NCBI GenBank assembly: GCA_036478295.1
Contig: JAZGDW010000048.1
Coordinates: forward strand, 1 to 34,410
DNA from: Candidatus Krumholzibacteriia bacterium
Lineage (GTDB): Bacteria; Krumholzibacteriota; Krumholzibacteriia; WVZY01
Direction of reading: 5' to 3'
Length of the DNA stretch: 34,410 nucleotides
Shown piece after piece: positions 9,057 through 17,965 of this stretch. The translations under genes and the position numbers were made by a program. Positions within the stretch are counted from its first letter, which is position 1, and each line of letters starts with the position of its first letter. The notes under the pieces were generated by a model. It saw only the letters and a program-made list of their open reading frames with translations, did no database searches and was not told the origin of the DNA.

Positions 9057-10253
9057 TTGAAGTATGCACTTTTCTACACGGTTCTTGCACTGGCGGTCGC
9101 GATGGGCGCCACGACCACCGATGCCCAGACCGGGCTGGAGGCATCCTGGGACAAGGGGCTGCGCTTTCAGTCCGAGGACGGGAGTTTCAAACTGAAGATT
9201 GGTGGCCGCATACAGAACGATTGGGCCTTTTTCAACCAGGAGGACGCCCACGAAGCGGCGTTCGGCAACTGGCAGGACGGAACGGAGTTCAGGCGCACCC
9301 GCCTCCGTATCTCCGGAACGGTGTATGACAACGTCATCTTCAAGGCCCAGTACGACTGGGCGGGTGGCGAAACAAGTCTCAAGGACATGTACATCGGCAT
9401 AGACGATATTCCCGGCGTCGGCAAGGTTATCGCCGGCCGGCAGTACGAGCCGTTCGGTCTCGAAACCATCACGAGCGACAATTACATCACGTTTATGGAG
9501 CGCTCCGTCACGGCAGCGCTCGTTCCCGATCGGCAGGGCGGCATCCTCGCGCAGCGCACGTTCGCAGGCAAGCGGGTGACAGCCGCGGCGGGAATCTTTC
9601 GTGATACCAACGACGGCGGTGAGGGTTCCGGTGACGGCAGTTACGCGGGGACGGCCCGTGTGACCGCACTTCCCTGGCACGAGGAGGGTCGAGGCCTCTT
9701 ACACATTGGCGCGGCTTACTCCTATCGCAGTCCATCGGGCGACATCGAATACGAGTCAAAGCCGGAAGCTCATCTTGGAAGCACGTCGATCGAGACCGGG
9801 GCAATCGCTCCCGAGGCGGTTTCACTCGTGGGAGTCGAGGCGGCGCTCATTGCAGGCCCCGTTTCGGTGCAGGGCGAAGCGATACTTGCGGCCGTAGACG
9901 ACGATGTGACCGGCGACCCCGAGTTCTTCGCCTATTATGGATACGGCTCTTTCTTTATCACCGGTGAGAGCCGGGGTTACAAAACCTCGAGCGGGAAATT
10001 CGACCGCGTGGAACCGAGGAAGAACTTCCGCGAAGACGGCACCGGGAGCGGAGCGGTCGAGCTCGCGGTACGCGTCGCGGTTCTCGATCTCAACGCGGCG
10101 CCGGTACTCGGTGGTGAAATGACCGACATTACGTTGGGCGTGAACTGGTATCTGAATCCCAACACGCGGGTAATGGTGAACTACATCCGCTCCGACGTGG
10201 ATAATATCGGCGTGGCAAATGTCGTTCAAACCCGCTTCCAGATAGACTTTTAG
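9057..10253 (+). CDS. OprO/OprP family phosphate-selective porin
   Basis: TTG start with RBS AGGAGG and a signal peptide. Motifs 'KIGGRIQND', 'EFRRTRLRISG', 'EPFGLE..TSDNYITFMERS', 'TGESR.Y', 'LGVNWYLNPNTRVMVNY' and terminal 'RFQIDF'. Confidence 0.9.
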   Translation: MKYALFYTVLALAVAMGATTTDAQTGLEASWDKGLRFQSEDGSFKLKIGGRIQNDWAFFNQEDAHEAAFGNWQDGTEFRRTRLRISGTVYDNVIFKAQYDWAGGETSLKDMYIGIDDIPGVGKVIAGRQYEPFGLETITSDNYITFMERSVTAALVPDRQGGILAQRTFAGKRVTAAAGIFRDTNDGGEGSGDGSYAGTARVTALPWHEEGRGLLHIGAAYSYRSPSGDIEYESKPEAHLGSTSIETGAIAPEAVSLVGVEAALIAGPVSVQGEAILAAVDDDVTGDPEFFAYYGYGSFFITGESRGYKTSSGKFDRVEPRKNFREDGTGSGAVELAVRVAVLDLNAAPVLGGEMTDITLGVNWYLNPNTRVMVNYIRSDVDNIGVANVVQTRFQIDF

Positions 10254-10308
10254 CCTGCCTGTGGAATTCGCGGCAGTCTAACTACGAGCCGATAAATCGT
10301 TCGAAACT

Positions 10309-10337
10309 TTGCCGGCACGAGCCGCCCGTGCTACACT
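10309..10337 (+). promoter_or_regulatory. sigma70-type promoter for purF
   Basis: TTGCCG (10309-10314), 17 bp ending TGc, then TACACT (10332-10337). Confidence 0.55.
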
Positions 10338-10399
10338 GGGCACCGTCCGTTCGCGGCAAACAACAGGGCCGCCCCCACAAACAAGAAAGAACTCGCGGA

Positions 10400-11827
10400 A
10401 TGTGCGGAATACTCGGATTTTGCGCCCAGAAATGGGATCCAGGCCTGGTCAAGTTCTTCGGGCTACAGGGCTTCAACCTCCAACACAGAGGCCAGGAGAA
10501 TTTCGGCTGTACCTACACCAACAGCAAGAAGTTCAACCATTTCAAGGACAAGGGGCTCGTCTCCCAGGTTTTCACCAAGGAACGCCGCGACGAGTTCAAC
10601 GCGGCACAGCCGTTGATCGCTATTGCCCAGACGCGCTACGCGACGGCCGGCGGCACCGACGCGATTTCGGCCCAGCCCCATTGGATGACGCTCCTCGACG
10701 GGTTTTATTCGAACGCCACCAACGGAGACTTGCCGCTCTTGCAGAAGGAAATCGACGACCTGGAAGCATCCGGCACGGTCATGCTCAGCGGGAACGACGG
10801 CGAGGTCATACTCAAGAAGATTCTGCACGCGGCCTACAACGATCACGACGGCGATCTCGTCGCGGGCATCAAGCAACTCATGCAAACGACGCCCGGAGCC
10901 TACTCTGGATGCTTGATGACGTTGACCAGGCTGTACCTTTACCGGGACCCTCATGGATTCCGCCCGCTCTACTTCGGCCGCTGGCGCGACGCTTTCGTGT
11001 TTGGATCGGAGACGTGCGCCTTTCACGAACGAGACGCCAAAGTCGAGCGCGAAGTGAACCCAGGAGAGGTCATCGTGTTCGACATTCAGGGTAACAAGAA
11101 GCATCACCAGGTCGTGGAGCCAAAAACCAACCGCCAGAAGTGTATTTTCGAACCGATCTATTTTGCCCGTCCCGACAGCATGGTTTTCGAAAAAAACAGG
11201 GACGTGGGCAGTTTCCGTTACGAATTGGGGAAACTTCTCGCTGAGGAACAACCGGTGGAGGATGCGGTCGTGGTACCGGTTCCCGACTCCGGCAGGTTCG
11301 CAGCCGTTGGATACGCCAGCAGGTCGGGCCTGCCGCTCCGCGAACTATTTGTGCGAAACCCGTACATTCCGAGGACGTTCCAGATCGCCGGCCAGGCAAA
11401 CCGCGAGGACCTCGCGCGCCTGAAGTTCACCGTCATGCTGTCCCTGCTCGGGCAGTACCGCAGGTTTGTCATCGTGGACGATTCGCTCGTGCGGTCCACG
11501 ACCATGCGGATTCTCATCACGATGATTCGCGAGGCGGCGGAGAAAACGGGCGTTAACCCGAAGGAAATCGAGGTCCACATCCGGCTTGCGTCCCCTCCGA
11601 TCAAGGCATGCTGCTATTACGGTATCGATACGCCAGTCATGGAAGAGCTCGCGGCGGCGGGTCATTCCGTCGAGAAGATTACCAAGATGGTGGGCGCCGA
11701 GAGCCTCGCTTACCTCTCTCTCGCGGGCCTCGATTCGGTGGCAGACCAATTCGACCGCCCAACGAACTTCTGTCACGCATGCTTTACAGGCGACTACCCT
11801 ACGGAATACCAGGTACGGAAGAGATAA
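10400..11827 (+). CDS. purF: Amidophosphoribosyltransferase (4Fe-4S type)
   Basis: 475 aa starting MCG (Ntn nucleophile Cys). Motifs LQHRGQE, RYAT, RDPHGFRPL, CIFEPIYFARPDS, VPVPDSG, PRPP motif IVDDSLVRSTT, CYYGID and FCHACFTGDYP. Confidence 0.93.
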   Translation: MCGILGFCAQKWDPGLVKFFGLQGFNLQHRGQENFGCTYTNSKKFNHFKDKGLVSQVFTKERRDEFNAAQPLIAIAQTRYATAGGTDAISAQPHWMTLLDGFYSNATNGDLPLLQKEIDDLEASGTVMLSGNDGEVILKKILHAAYNDHDGDLVAGIKQLMQTTPGAYSGCLMTLTRLYLYRDPHGFRPLYFGRWRDAFVFGSETCAFHERDAKVEREVNPGEVIVFDIQGNKKHHQVVEPKTNRQKCIFEPIYFARPDSMVFEKNRDVGSFRYELGKLLAEEQPVEDAVVVPVPDSGRFAAVGYASRSGLPLRELFVRNPYIPRTFQIAGQANREDLARLKFTVMLSLLGQYRRFVIVDDSLVRSTTMRILITMIREAAEKTGVNPKEIEVHIRLASPPIKACCYYGIDTPVMEELAAAGHSVEKITKMVGAESLAYLSLAGLDSVADQFDRPTNFCHACFTGDYPTEYQVRKR

Positions 11828-11832
11828 GAAAA

Positions 11833-11856
11833 GAGCCCGTCGCCGAGGGCGGGCTC
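11833..11856. terminator. Intrinsic terminator between convergent purF and lsrF
   Basis: GAGCCCGTC/GGCGGGCTC 9-bp stem with a 6-nt loop. The minus strand is followed by TTTTCTT, and the plus strand by CGTTCTTGTT. Confidence 0.7.
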
Positions 11857-11892
11857 CGTTCTTGTTCTGAGACAGCAGGACCCCTCCGCGCT

Positions 11893-12768
11893 TCACGCTT
11901 TCCGTGACTCGTACATTTCGTAAGCTTCTTCCGGCGCCATGTTTTCATGAACCACTTTTCTGACCGCCTGGATCATGGCGGACGGCGCCTCGGACTGAAA
12001 AATGTTGCGGCCCATGTCGACCCCCGCGGCACCTTGCTGCACTGCATTATGCGCCATTTTCAGAGCGTCGAGTTCGGGGAGCTTCTTGCCACCGGCGATC
12101 ACGATCGGCACCGGGCAGCTCGCGGTCACGGTTTCGAACCCTTCATTGACATAATACGTCTTGACGTAGGACGCTCCCAGTTCCGCGCAGATTCTCGTCG
12201 CCAGCCGCATATACTTGGCGTCGCGGACCATATCTTTGCCGACGGCGGTGACACCCAGGACGGGAATGCCGTAGCGGTTGCCCAGGTCCACCAGCCGTGT
12301 CAGGTTATGGATCGACTTGGTTTCGAACTCGCCGCCGATGAACACCTGAACGGCAAGGGCGGCGACGTTGAGGCGGACGGCATCTTCGATATCGACGGCG
12401 ATCTCCTCGTCGGATAGCTCTTTCAGGATACTCGGACCTCCGCTGGCCCGCAGGACGACTCCGCGCGTGAAGGTCGGCGGAATCGTCGAACGCAGTATGC
12501 CGCGCGTGCACATCAGCGTGTCAGCATACGGGAGTAGCGGCACGATGCTGACATCGATGCGCTCGAGCCCCGAGGTGGGCCCCATGAAGTACCCGTGATC
12601 GACCGCCAGCATCACGGTGCGATTTGTCTCGGCGTCGAAGATGTTCGAGAGCCGGTTCTTCATACCCCAATCCAGAGAATTCGAACCCCGGAGCGCGAAC
12701 GGCTCGCATTTCATGGGAATATCCGTGTAGTAATTGTGGGTGTCACGGGTACCGTCTTTGTCGGCCAT
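11893..12768 (-). CDS. lsrF: 3-hydroxy-5-phosphonooxypentane-2,4-dione thiolase (class I aldolase/DhnA-like fold)
   Basis: 291 aa with RBS AAGGAG. '[13 protein letters not shown]', '[20 protein letters not shown]', 'VKTYY', 'PIVIAGGKK' and '[11 protein letters not shown]' closely match E. coli LsrF. Confidence 0.93.
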   Translation of the reverse strand: MADKDGTRDTHNYYTDIPMKCEPFALRGSNSLDWGMKNRLSNIFDAETNRTVMLAVDHGYFMGPTSGLERIDVSIVPLLPYADTLMCTRGILRSTIPPTFTRGVVLRASGGPSILKELSDEEIAVDIEDAVRLNVAALAVQVFIGGEFETKSIHNLTRLVDLGNRYGIPVLGVTAVGKDMVRDAKYMRLATRICAELGASYVKTYYVNEGFETVTASCPVPIVIAGGKKLPELDALKMAHNAVQQGAAGVDMGRNIFQSEAPSAMIQAVRKVVHENMAPEEAYEMYESRKA

Positions 12769-12913
12769 GTCTTACTCCTTGATCATTTCCAACGTACGGC
12801 GGCCACGCCGTTCGCAACAAGTCGTTCGATGCCTGCTCGGGATTGAGCTACGGCCGGCCCGCTTTAGGCCGACAGCTCCAACCACGAAACGCTGAGGTGG
12901 AGTCAGCGCAGCG

Positions 12914-12942
12914 ATTGTAGCACGTGTCTGCCTGCGTACCAA
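12914..12942 (-). promoter_or_regulatory. sigma70-type promoter for lsrF
   Basis: Minus strand TTGGTA (12942-12937), 17 bp ending TGc, then TACAAT (12919-12914). Confidence 0.55.
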
Positions 12943-13142
12943 CTCGTTTCTTGGTAATGAATTAAGGGGTTGGATAAACGGCGCTGTGCCAGCATGCGCT
13001 TTCCTCGAATGGAATCGCTCGCTGCGGGTAGGTGCGGAGCGCCATCTATTATAGTATGCTTGTCGTGGCCACCGGTCTCTCCAGACCCACAGCGACCCCG
13101 AATGGGAGCTTTGTCAATATATTAGCGAACGAAAGGATCGAA

Positions 13143-14177
13143 ATGAAATACAGGTTACTGGGGCGCACGGGACTTCGCGTGTCCGAGCTCGCGCTCGGCA
13201 CCATGACTTTCGGGGAGGAATGGGGATGGGGCGCATCGAAGGATGAGAGTCACAAGATGTTCGAAGCCTTCGCCGAAGCCGGAGGCAATTTTGTCGACAC
13301 GGCGAACCGCTACACGGAAGGCACGAGTGAGAAATACGTCGGGGAGTTCATCAAGAGCGACCGCGATCATTTCGTGGTCGCCACCAAGTACACACTCTTC
13401 ACGCGGCGTGACGATCCCAACTTCAGCGGCAATCATCGCAAGAACATGGTGCAGGCGCTGGACGCGAGCCTCAAACGACTTGGCACCGATTACATAGATC
13501 TGTACTGGTTGCACGCATGGGATTTTACGACTGCAGTCGACGAGGTGATGCGTGCGCTGGATGACCTGGTGCGGATGGGCAAGGTACTGCACATCGGTAT
13601 CTCCGACACACCCGCATGGATCGTATCGCAGGCGAATACCCTGGCGGAACTGCGAGGCTGGTCGCGTTTCGCCGGGCTTCAAATCCGGTACAGTCTCATA
13701 GACCGTACGGTGGAGGCCGACCTGCTGCCAATGGCACGAGCCTTCCGTCTGGCCGTTACACCGTGGAGCGTGCTCGGCGCGGGTGTGCTCACGGGCAAAT
13801 ACAATCGCGAAAGCCCACCCGAGGAGGGTCGTGCGAAAGACGGCGCTGCGAAGGACAAACGCAACCTGGAGATCGCAAAGGCCGTCATGCAAGTGGCGGA
13901 CGATATTGGCTGTACTCCATCACAGGTGGCGATCAGCTGGGTGCGCCAGCAACACGGTATCGTCGTTCCGTTGATCGGTGCGAGAACTCTAGCACAACTC
14001 CAGGACAACCTTGGTTCGCTGGACGTCACACTGAATCCGGAACAGCTGCAGCGTCTCGATGAGGTCAGCCGCGTCGACCTGGGCTTTCCGCACAACTTTC
14101 TCGGCCAGGAACATATTCGCGACTTCGTCTACGGTGGCACCTACGACAGCATTCGTAAAGACCGCCCTGGACTCTAG
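13143..14177 (+). CDS. Aldo/keto reductase
   Basis: 344 aa from ATG 13143 (RBS AAAGGA). Motifs MKYRLLGRTGLRVSELALGTMTFG, DTANRY, ATKY, SLKRLGTDYIDLYWLH, IGISD, PWSVLGAGVLTGKY and PLIGART. Confidence 0.93.
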   Translation: MKYRLLGRTGLRVSELALGTMTFGEEWGWGASKDESHKMFEAFAEAGGNFVDTANRYTEGTSEKYVGEFIKSDRDHFVVATKYTLFTRRDDPNFSGNHRKNMVQALDASLKRLGTDYIDLYWLHAWDFTTAVDEVMRALDDLVRMGKVLHIGISDTPAWIVSQANTLAELRGWSRFAGLQIRYSLIDRTVEADLLPMARAFRLAVTPWSVLGAGVLTGKYNRESPPEEGRAKDGAAKDKRNLEIAKAVMQVADDIGCTPSQVAISWVRQQHGIVVPLIGARTLAQLQDNLGSLDVTLNPEQLQRLDEVSRVDLGFPHNFLGQEHIRDFVYGGTYDSIRKDRPGL

Positions 14178-14219
14178 CACGGAATCGGCTGTGACGAGGA
14201 GCGGCGAGAGAAATCCGGA

Positions 14220-14462
14220 ATGTCCGATCGTTATTGGGGAATCCATGTCGAGTGTTACGCGGGTTATCGCGGTGAAGAGGAGCCGCGCCGCTTCCGTTAT
14301 GAAGGACGTGAGTTGGAGGTCGTCGAGATCCTCGACCGGTGGCTCGACCCAAACCACCGGTACTTCAAAGTGCGTGGAAATGACGACGGTGTTTACCTGC
14401 TGCGCCACGACGCGGACGTCGGTGCGTGGGAACTGAGCGTGTTCCTCGAACCCGAAAAGTGA
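14220..14462 (+). CDS. Conserved small hypothetical protein (beta-rich, DUF6504-like)
   Basis: 80 aa. 'VECYAGYRGEEEPRRF...V.EILDRWLDP..RYFKVR...YLLRHD' matches a widespread small-protein pattern, and codon usage is gene-like. Confidence 0.75.
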   Translation: MSDRYWGIHVECYAGYRGEEEPRRFRYEGRELEVVEILDRWLDPNHRYFKVRGNDDGVYLLRHDADVGAWELSVFLEPEK

Positions 14463-14567
14463 TCGAGAAAGGCGCCCCGTCAGTCCTCGTGCACCAGGAC
14501 ACCTTCATCCAGCTCGGCAAAGTCGAGTGACGCCTGCCCCGCGTGGGTCGCGCGGGCCTTGTCAGGG

Positions 14568-14765
14568 CTACGGTGCCGCTGGGGTTGGACTTTCCGGCCA
14601 CACGTGAAGTACCCTGCCGTCTGCAGGCGCCGCGAGGACCGTGAGCAGCAATACAGCCAGGAGCAGGAGACTCACCATCCGGCCGAGTTGCCTGTGCGAC
14701 AGTCGTACGTGAGTTCTTTTGCCGAGATTCGTTTTCCCAACTGCAAGGAGAGACTGTGTATCCAT
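14568..14765 (-). pseudogene. Truncated 5' remnant of a secreted protein gene
   Basis: RBS AGGGGGTG then ATG. Signal peptide (..RMVSLLLLAVLLLTVLAAPADG), then only 'RVLHVWPESPTPAAP' before TAG CCC TGA. Confidence 0.5.
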
Positions 14766-15048
14766 CGTGACACCCCCTTATTCCCGCGGCCTGAAAAGAG
14801 CGCGAAAATAAGAACCGAAACCGCAACTCTAAGACGCAGAGGAGATGCAATCTCGGCCATATTCTTCTGGAAACACATCGTTTCCAAGCCGTTCCCGCTA
14901 TGGTGCCTGTAAAGGCCAACTACACTATATTAATTACCGATTTGCCCACGAAATGTTGGGGGAAATATGGCCGTGTGGTAATCTGGTACCGGTCGTCTCC
15001 CTCCACGCCCCGTCGTTCGAGTTCGTAAACCCTGTCCGGACTGTCGTT

Positions 15049-15360
15049 ATGAGGTTACGAATAAAAGTACTCAGGCGTTTGTTCTCCGGCGCTCTCGCAG
15101 CGTTCGCAGCGTTCCGCTTCTCCCAACTCGTGGTGATTCTAGTCGGCGATCCCTCCGGAACGTCGCTCGCCGAAGAAGAGGGAGCCCCCGTGTTTTTCGC
15201 CCTCGCGCTGCGCATGGCGTTACCAATCCACCTGACCGCCGTGGCACTCCTCGTGCAGCGTCCGTTTCTTTCCCCGGGCTGGAGCCGGACCGCCTGGCTG
15301 GCGACGGTGATCTCCGGCAGCTGGCTCGGCGTCGCTTTTCTCATCCGCTGGTTGTTGTAG
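15049..15360 (+). CDS. Hypothetical small membrane protein (about 3 TM)
   Basis: 103 aa from ATG 15049 with three hydrophobic segments. RBS is weak and no family is recognised. Confidence 0.55.
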   Translation: MRLRIKVLRRLFSGALAAFAAFRFSQLVVILVGDPSGTSLAEEEGAPVFFALALRMALPIHLTAVALLVQRPFLSPGWSRTAWLATVISGSWLGVAFLIRWLL

Positions 15361-15387
15361 CGGCCGGCGCCCACGCCTCGCCTTCAT

Positions 15388-15424
15388 TCGGCAGCAGCTT
15401 GTATGTGCTCGAGTGTGCTGCCGA
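15388..15424. terminator. Hairpin between convergent genes
   Basis: TCGGCAGCA (15388-15396) and TGCTGCCGA (15416-15424) form a perfect 9-bp stem with further inner pairing. No clear U-tract. Confidence 0.4.
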
Positions 15425-15485
15425 TGGCCCGTTTCTTCTACACGGATGAGGCCTCGACCGGCTGTGCGATCGGTCTACGGTCCCG

Positions 15486-15746
15486 TCAGGCGGTTACCCT
15501 GAAGACTTTGTCGCCCACGCGGGCGTGCTCGATTACCTGGATCCCGATGGATTGCCCCTTCGACGCGCTGGTGATTTCTTCCCGGTCAATCTGTATCGAA
15601 CCGATTTTTTGAACGAAATCCGATGTATGTCCCAGGATGTGGATGGTGTCCCCCACAGAGAGCTCTCCCGCGGTCAACTCGATGGCGGCAACCTGGATCT
15701 TGCCGAAGTAATGGCTCACGTGGCCGATCTCCACTTCGTCTGCCAT
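15486..15746 (-). CDS. Small translation elongation factor-like protein (EF-Tu domain II / peptidase U32 C-terminal-like beta-barrel)
   Basis: 86 aa from ATG 15746 (RBS AAGGGGGTG). 'IGHVSHYFGKIQVAAIEL..GELSVGDTIHILGHTSDF.Q.I.SIQID......A.KGQ.IGI.V..HAR.GDKVF'. Confidence 0.88.
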   Translation of the reverse strand: MADEVEIGHVSHYFGKIQVAAIELTAGELSVGDTIHILGHTSDFVQKIGSIQIDREEITSASKGQSIGIQVIEHARVGDKVFRVTA

Positions 15747-15930
15747 AATGCACCCCCTTTCCCAACTGGAGCCGCCCCGTTGCGGACTCTCGAGCATTGT
15801 CCCACGCCGGGTAACCGTCTTCAAGTACCCGCGGCCGGGATTTGAGCTTTAAGGCAGGCGGCCCCACGCGTAAAATGGATTCTGGTACGCAGGTACGGCG
15901 CCACGTGACTTTCCACCCAGGGGGTATGGC

Positions 15931-16968
15931 ATGCTGAAGAAGAGGCCGCTACTGAGGGGCCGCATCGACACGTTTGTTCTCGACTCCCGGGTCCTCAGGG
16001 GCAACGCCCTGGGGGACCCGCACCGCCGGGTGGTGACGGTCTATCTTCCACTGGAGTACGACCGCCGACCCGAGCGGCGCTTCCCTGTGTTTGTGGACAT
16101 CGTGGGTTTCCTCGGCGCCGGCCAGGCGCACCTTAACTGGAAGGCGTTTACCGAAGACCTGCCGCTTCGGATCGAGCGCCTCGTGAGGCAGCGCAAGATG
16201 GGGCCGGTCATCGCCATTTTTCCAGACTGTTTCACCCGTCTCGGCGGCAACCAGTACATCAACTCGCCCGCCGTCGGCAACTACGCCGACTACCTTCTCA
16301 AGGAGATCCTGCCGGAGATCGACCGGCGGTACCGGACCTTCGCGAATCCCAAGAAGCGCGTGGTTTTTGGAAAATCTTCCGGCGGGTACGGGGCCATCGT
16401 GCACGGCATGAAATACGCAAAGCATTGGGGCGCCATCGCGTGTCACTCGGGCGACATGTATTTCGATTTCTGTTACCGCTTCGATATCCCGAAGGTCCTG
16501 AACGCCCTCGCCAAACACAAGCGCGACCCCGCCCGTTACCTGAAACATTTGTATTCCCAGAACAAGATGGGATCGGACGATCCAGCCACCATCATGTTTC
16601 TCGCCATGGCCGCGTTCTACGACGCGGACCCGGCCGCGCCGCTTGGATTTCACTTGCCGGTGGACCTCTACACCGGTGAGCTCGACGAGAAACGCTGGAG
16701 CCGGTGGCTGCGACACGACCCCATCCACATGGTCAAGAAGGTGCCCGTCCAGAAACAACTACGCATGCTCAGGGGCATCTATATCGACTGCGGAACGAGG
16801 GACCAGTGGCACCTCCACTACGGAGCCCGCATCCTGCACGGGCGCCTCGGCAAACTCGGTATCCGGCATCACTACGAGGAATTCGACGATCACCATTTGT
16901 CGATCGATTATCGCATGGACGTGAGCCTCCCCTGGCTATACAGCAAGATCATGGGGCGGATAACATAG
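15931..16968 (+). CDS. Alpha/beta hydrolase, putative esterase (Fes-like family)
   Basis: 345 aa. 'VYLP..Y', 'PDCFTRLGGNQYINS', nucleophile elbow GKSSGG, 'YIDCG.RDQ' and 'YEEFDDHH'. Confidence 0.88.
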   Translation: MLKKRPLLRGRIDTFVLDSRVLRGNALGDPHRRVVTVYLPLEYDRRPERRFPVFVDIVGFLGAGQAHLNWKAFTEDLPLRIERLVRQRKMGPVIAIFPDCFTRLGGNQYINSPAVGNYADYLLKEILPEIDRRYRTFANPKKRVVFGKSSGGYGAIVHGMKYAKHWGAIACHSGDMYFDFCYRFDIPKVLNALAKHKRDPARYLKHLYSQNKMGSDDPATIMFLAMAAFYDADPAAPLGFHLPVDLYTGELDEKRWSRWLRHDPIHMVKKVPVQKQLRMLRGIYIDCGTRDQWHLHYGARILHGRLGKLGIRHHYEEFDDHHLSIDYRMDVSLPWLYSKIMGRIT

Positions 16969-17028
16969 AAGCGGGCGCAGCGGCGGCACAGTCGCGGGAC
17001 GGTCACCGCCACCAAGGGAAGGTCCGTA

Positions 17029-17727
17029 ATGACACGAGATCCTTTGTATGGCTTCGAGCTGTTCTCGCTCGTTCACGCCGGTGTTATCGTGCTGTTCGCC
17101 GTGTTTTGGGGTACGTTGATCACCGCGGCGACAAGGTGGCGCGGCACCACGCGGCTTACGCACGCGGAGCGGGGCTTTGCCGTCGTCACGCTGCTCGTGT
17201 GGATTATCGCCGAGGGCTACTGGCTGTTCCCCGGCAGGTTCAACATCGCCTACACGCTGCCGCTTCATCTTTGTGACATCACCGCGCTTCTGGTTCCAGT
17301 CGCGTTATTCCGCCAGAGGCGATCTCTCTTTACGTTGCTCTACTTCTGGGGAATCGGTTTGAGTCTTCAGGCCATCATCACACCGGAGCTCCATAAGGGT
17401 CCCGCGCAATTCGAGTTCTGGCTCTTCTGGAGTTACCACACAATGATCGTTGGGGCCGCGCTGTACTTCGTTGTCGTGCACCGGTTCCGCCCCACGTGGT
17501 CCGATTGGCGGTTTGCCGCCCTGGCGAGCATGCTCTACCTGGCCGTCATCTTTCCCTTCAACGTCATCTTCGATTTCAACTACGGGTTCGTGGGCAACAT
17601 GCGGCCAAACCAACCGACCTTGATAGACGTGCTTGGCCCCTGGCCCTGGCGGGTCGCGGTGATGACCGGCCTTGGCCTTGCCCTGATGGTAATCCTGCTC
17701 CTTCCCTGGCAGCTCCGTCGGCGCTGA
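17029..17727 (+). CDS. TIGR02206/YwaF family integral membrane protein
   Basis: 232 aa, multi-TM. Motifs 'LPLHLCD', 'YFWGI...QA..TPEL', 'FW..H', 'NYGF....P..PTL.DVLGPWPW'. Confidence 0.85.
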   Translation: MTRDPLYGFELFSLVHAGVIVLFAVFWGTLITAATRWRGTTRLTHAERGFAVVTLLVWIIAEGYWLFPGRFNIAYTLPLHLCDITALLVPVALFRQRRSLFTLLYFWGIGLSLQAIITPELHKGPAQFEFWLFWSYHTMIVGAALYFVVVHRFRPTWSDWRFAALASMLYLAVIFPFNVIFDFNYGFVGNMRPNQPTLIDVLGPWPWRVAVMTGLGLALMVILLLPWQLRRR

Positions 17728-17965
17728 TCATTTCTCTTTATCCCCTCGGCCCTCCATCCATCCTGGTCCGGAACCATCCGTTAACATGGGCTTCGCAGCC
17801 TGTCTTCCATACCGGCTTTCTTTGGCCATTGCGGTCACGCAGCTCCGTCTGATAGACTCCACCCATGCCGCCATGCCGGCGCGGTTAGATTTTCGCTTGC
17901 GATCTGCCAGAACACGCGCTGCTCGGTAACCCGCCAACCCGAAGACCAACACAGGAGGACGACGT

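Noticed and set aside
10254..10399. ZTP (pfl) or purine/PRPP riboswitch upstream of purF (GCCGCCCG..CTGGGC)
   Set aside because: It lacks the upstream GACTGGCG..GTGG..CCAC..GGGAG core. The segment is better explained as the -35/-10 promoter.
14562..14570. Pyrrolysine or selenocysteine read-through at TAG CCC TGA
   Set aside because: Two stops fall within three codons, the downstream frame is not protein-like and there is no SECIS-like context.
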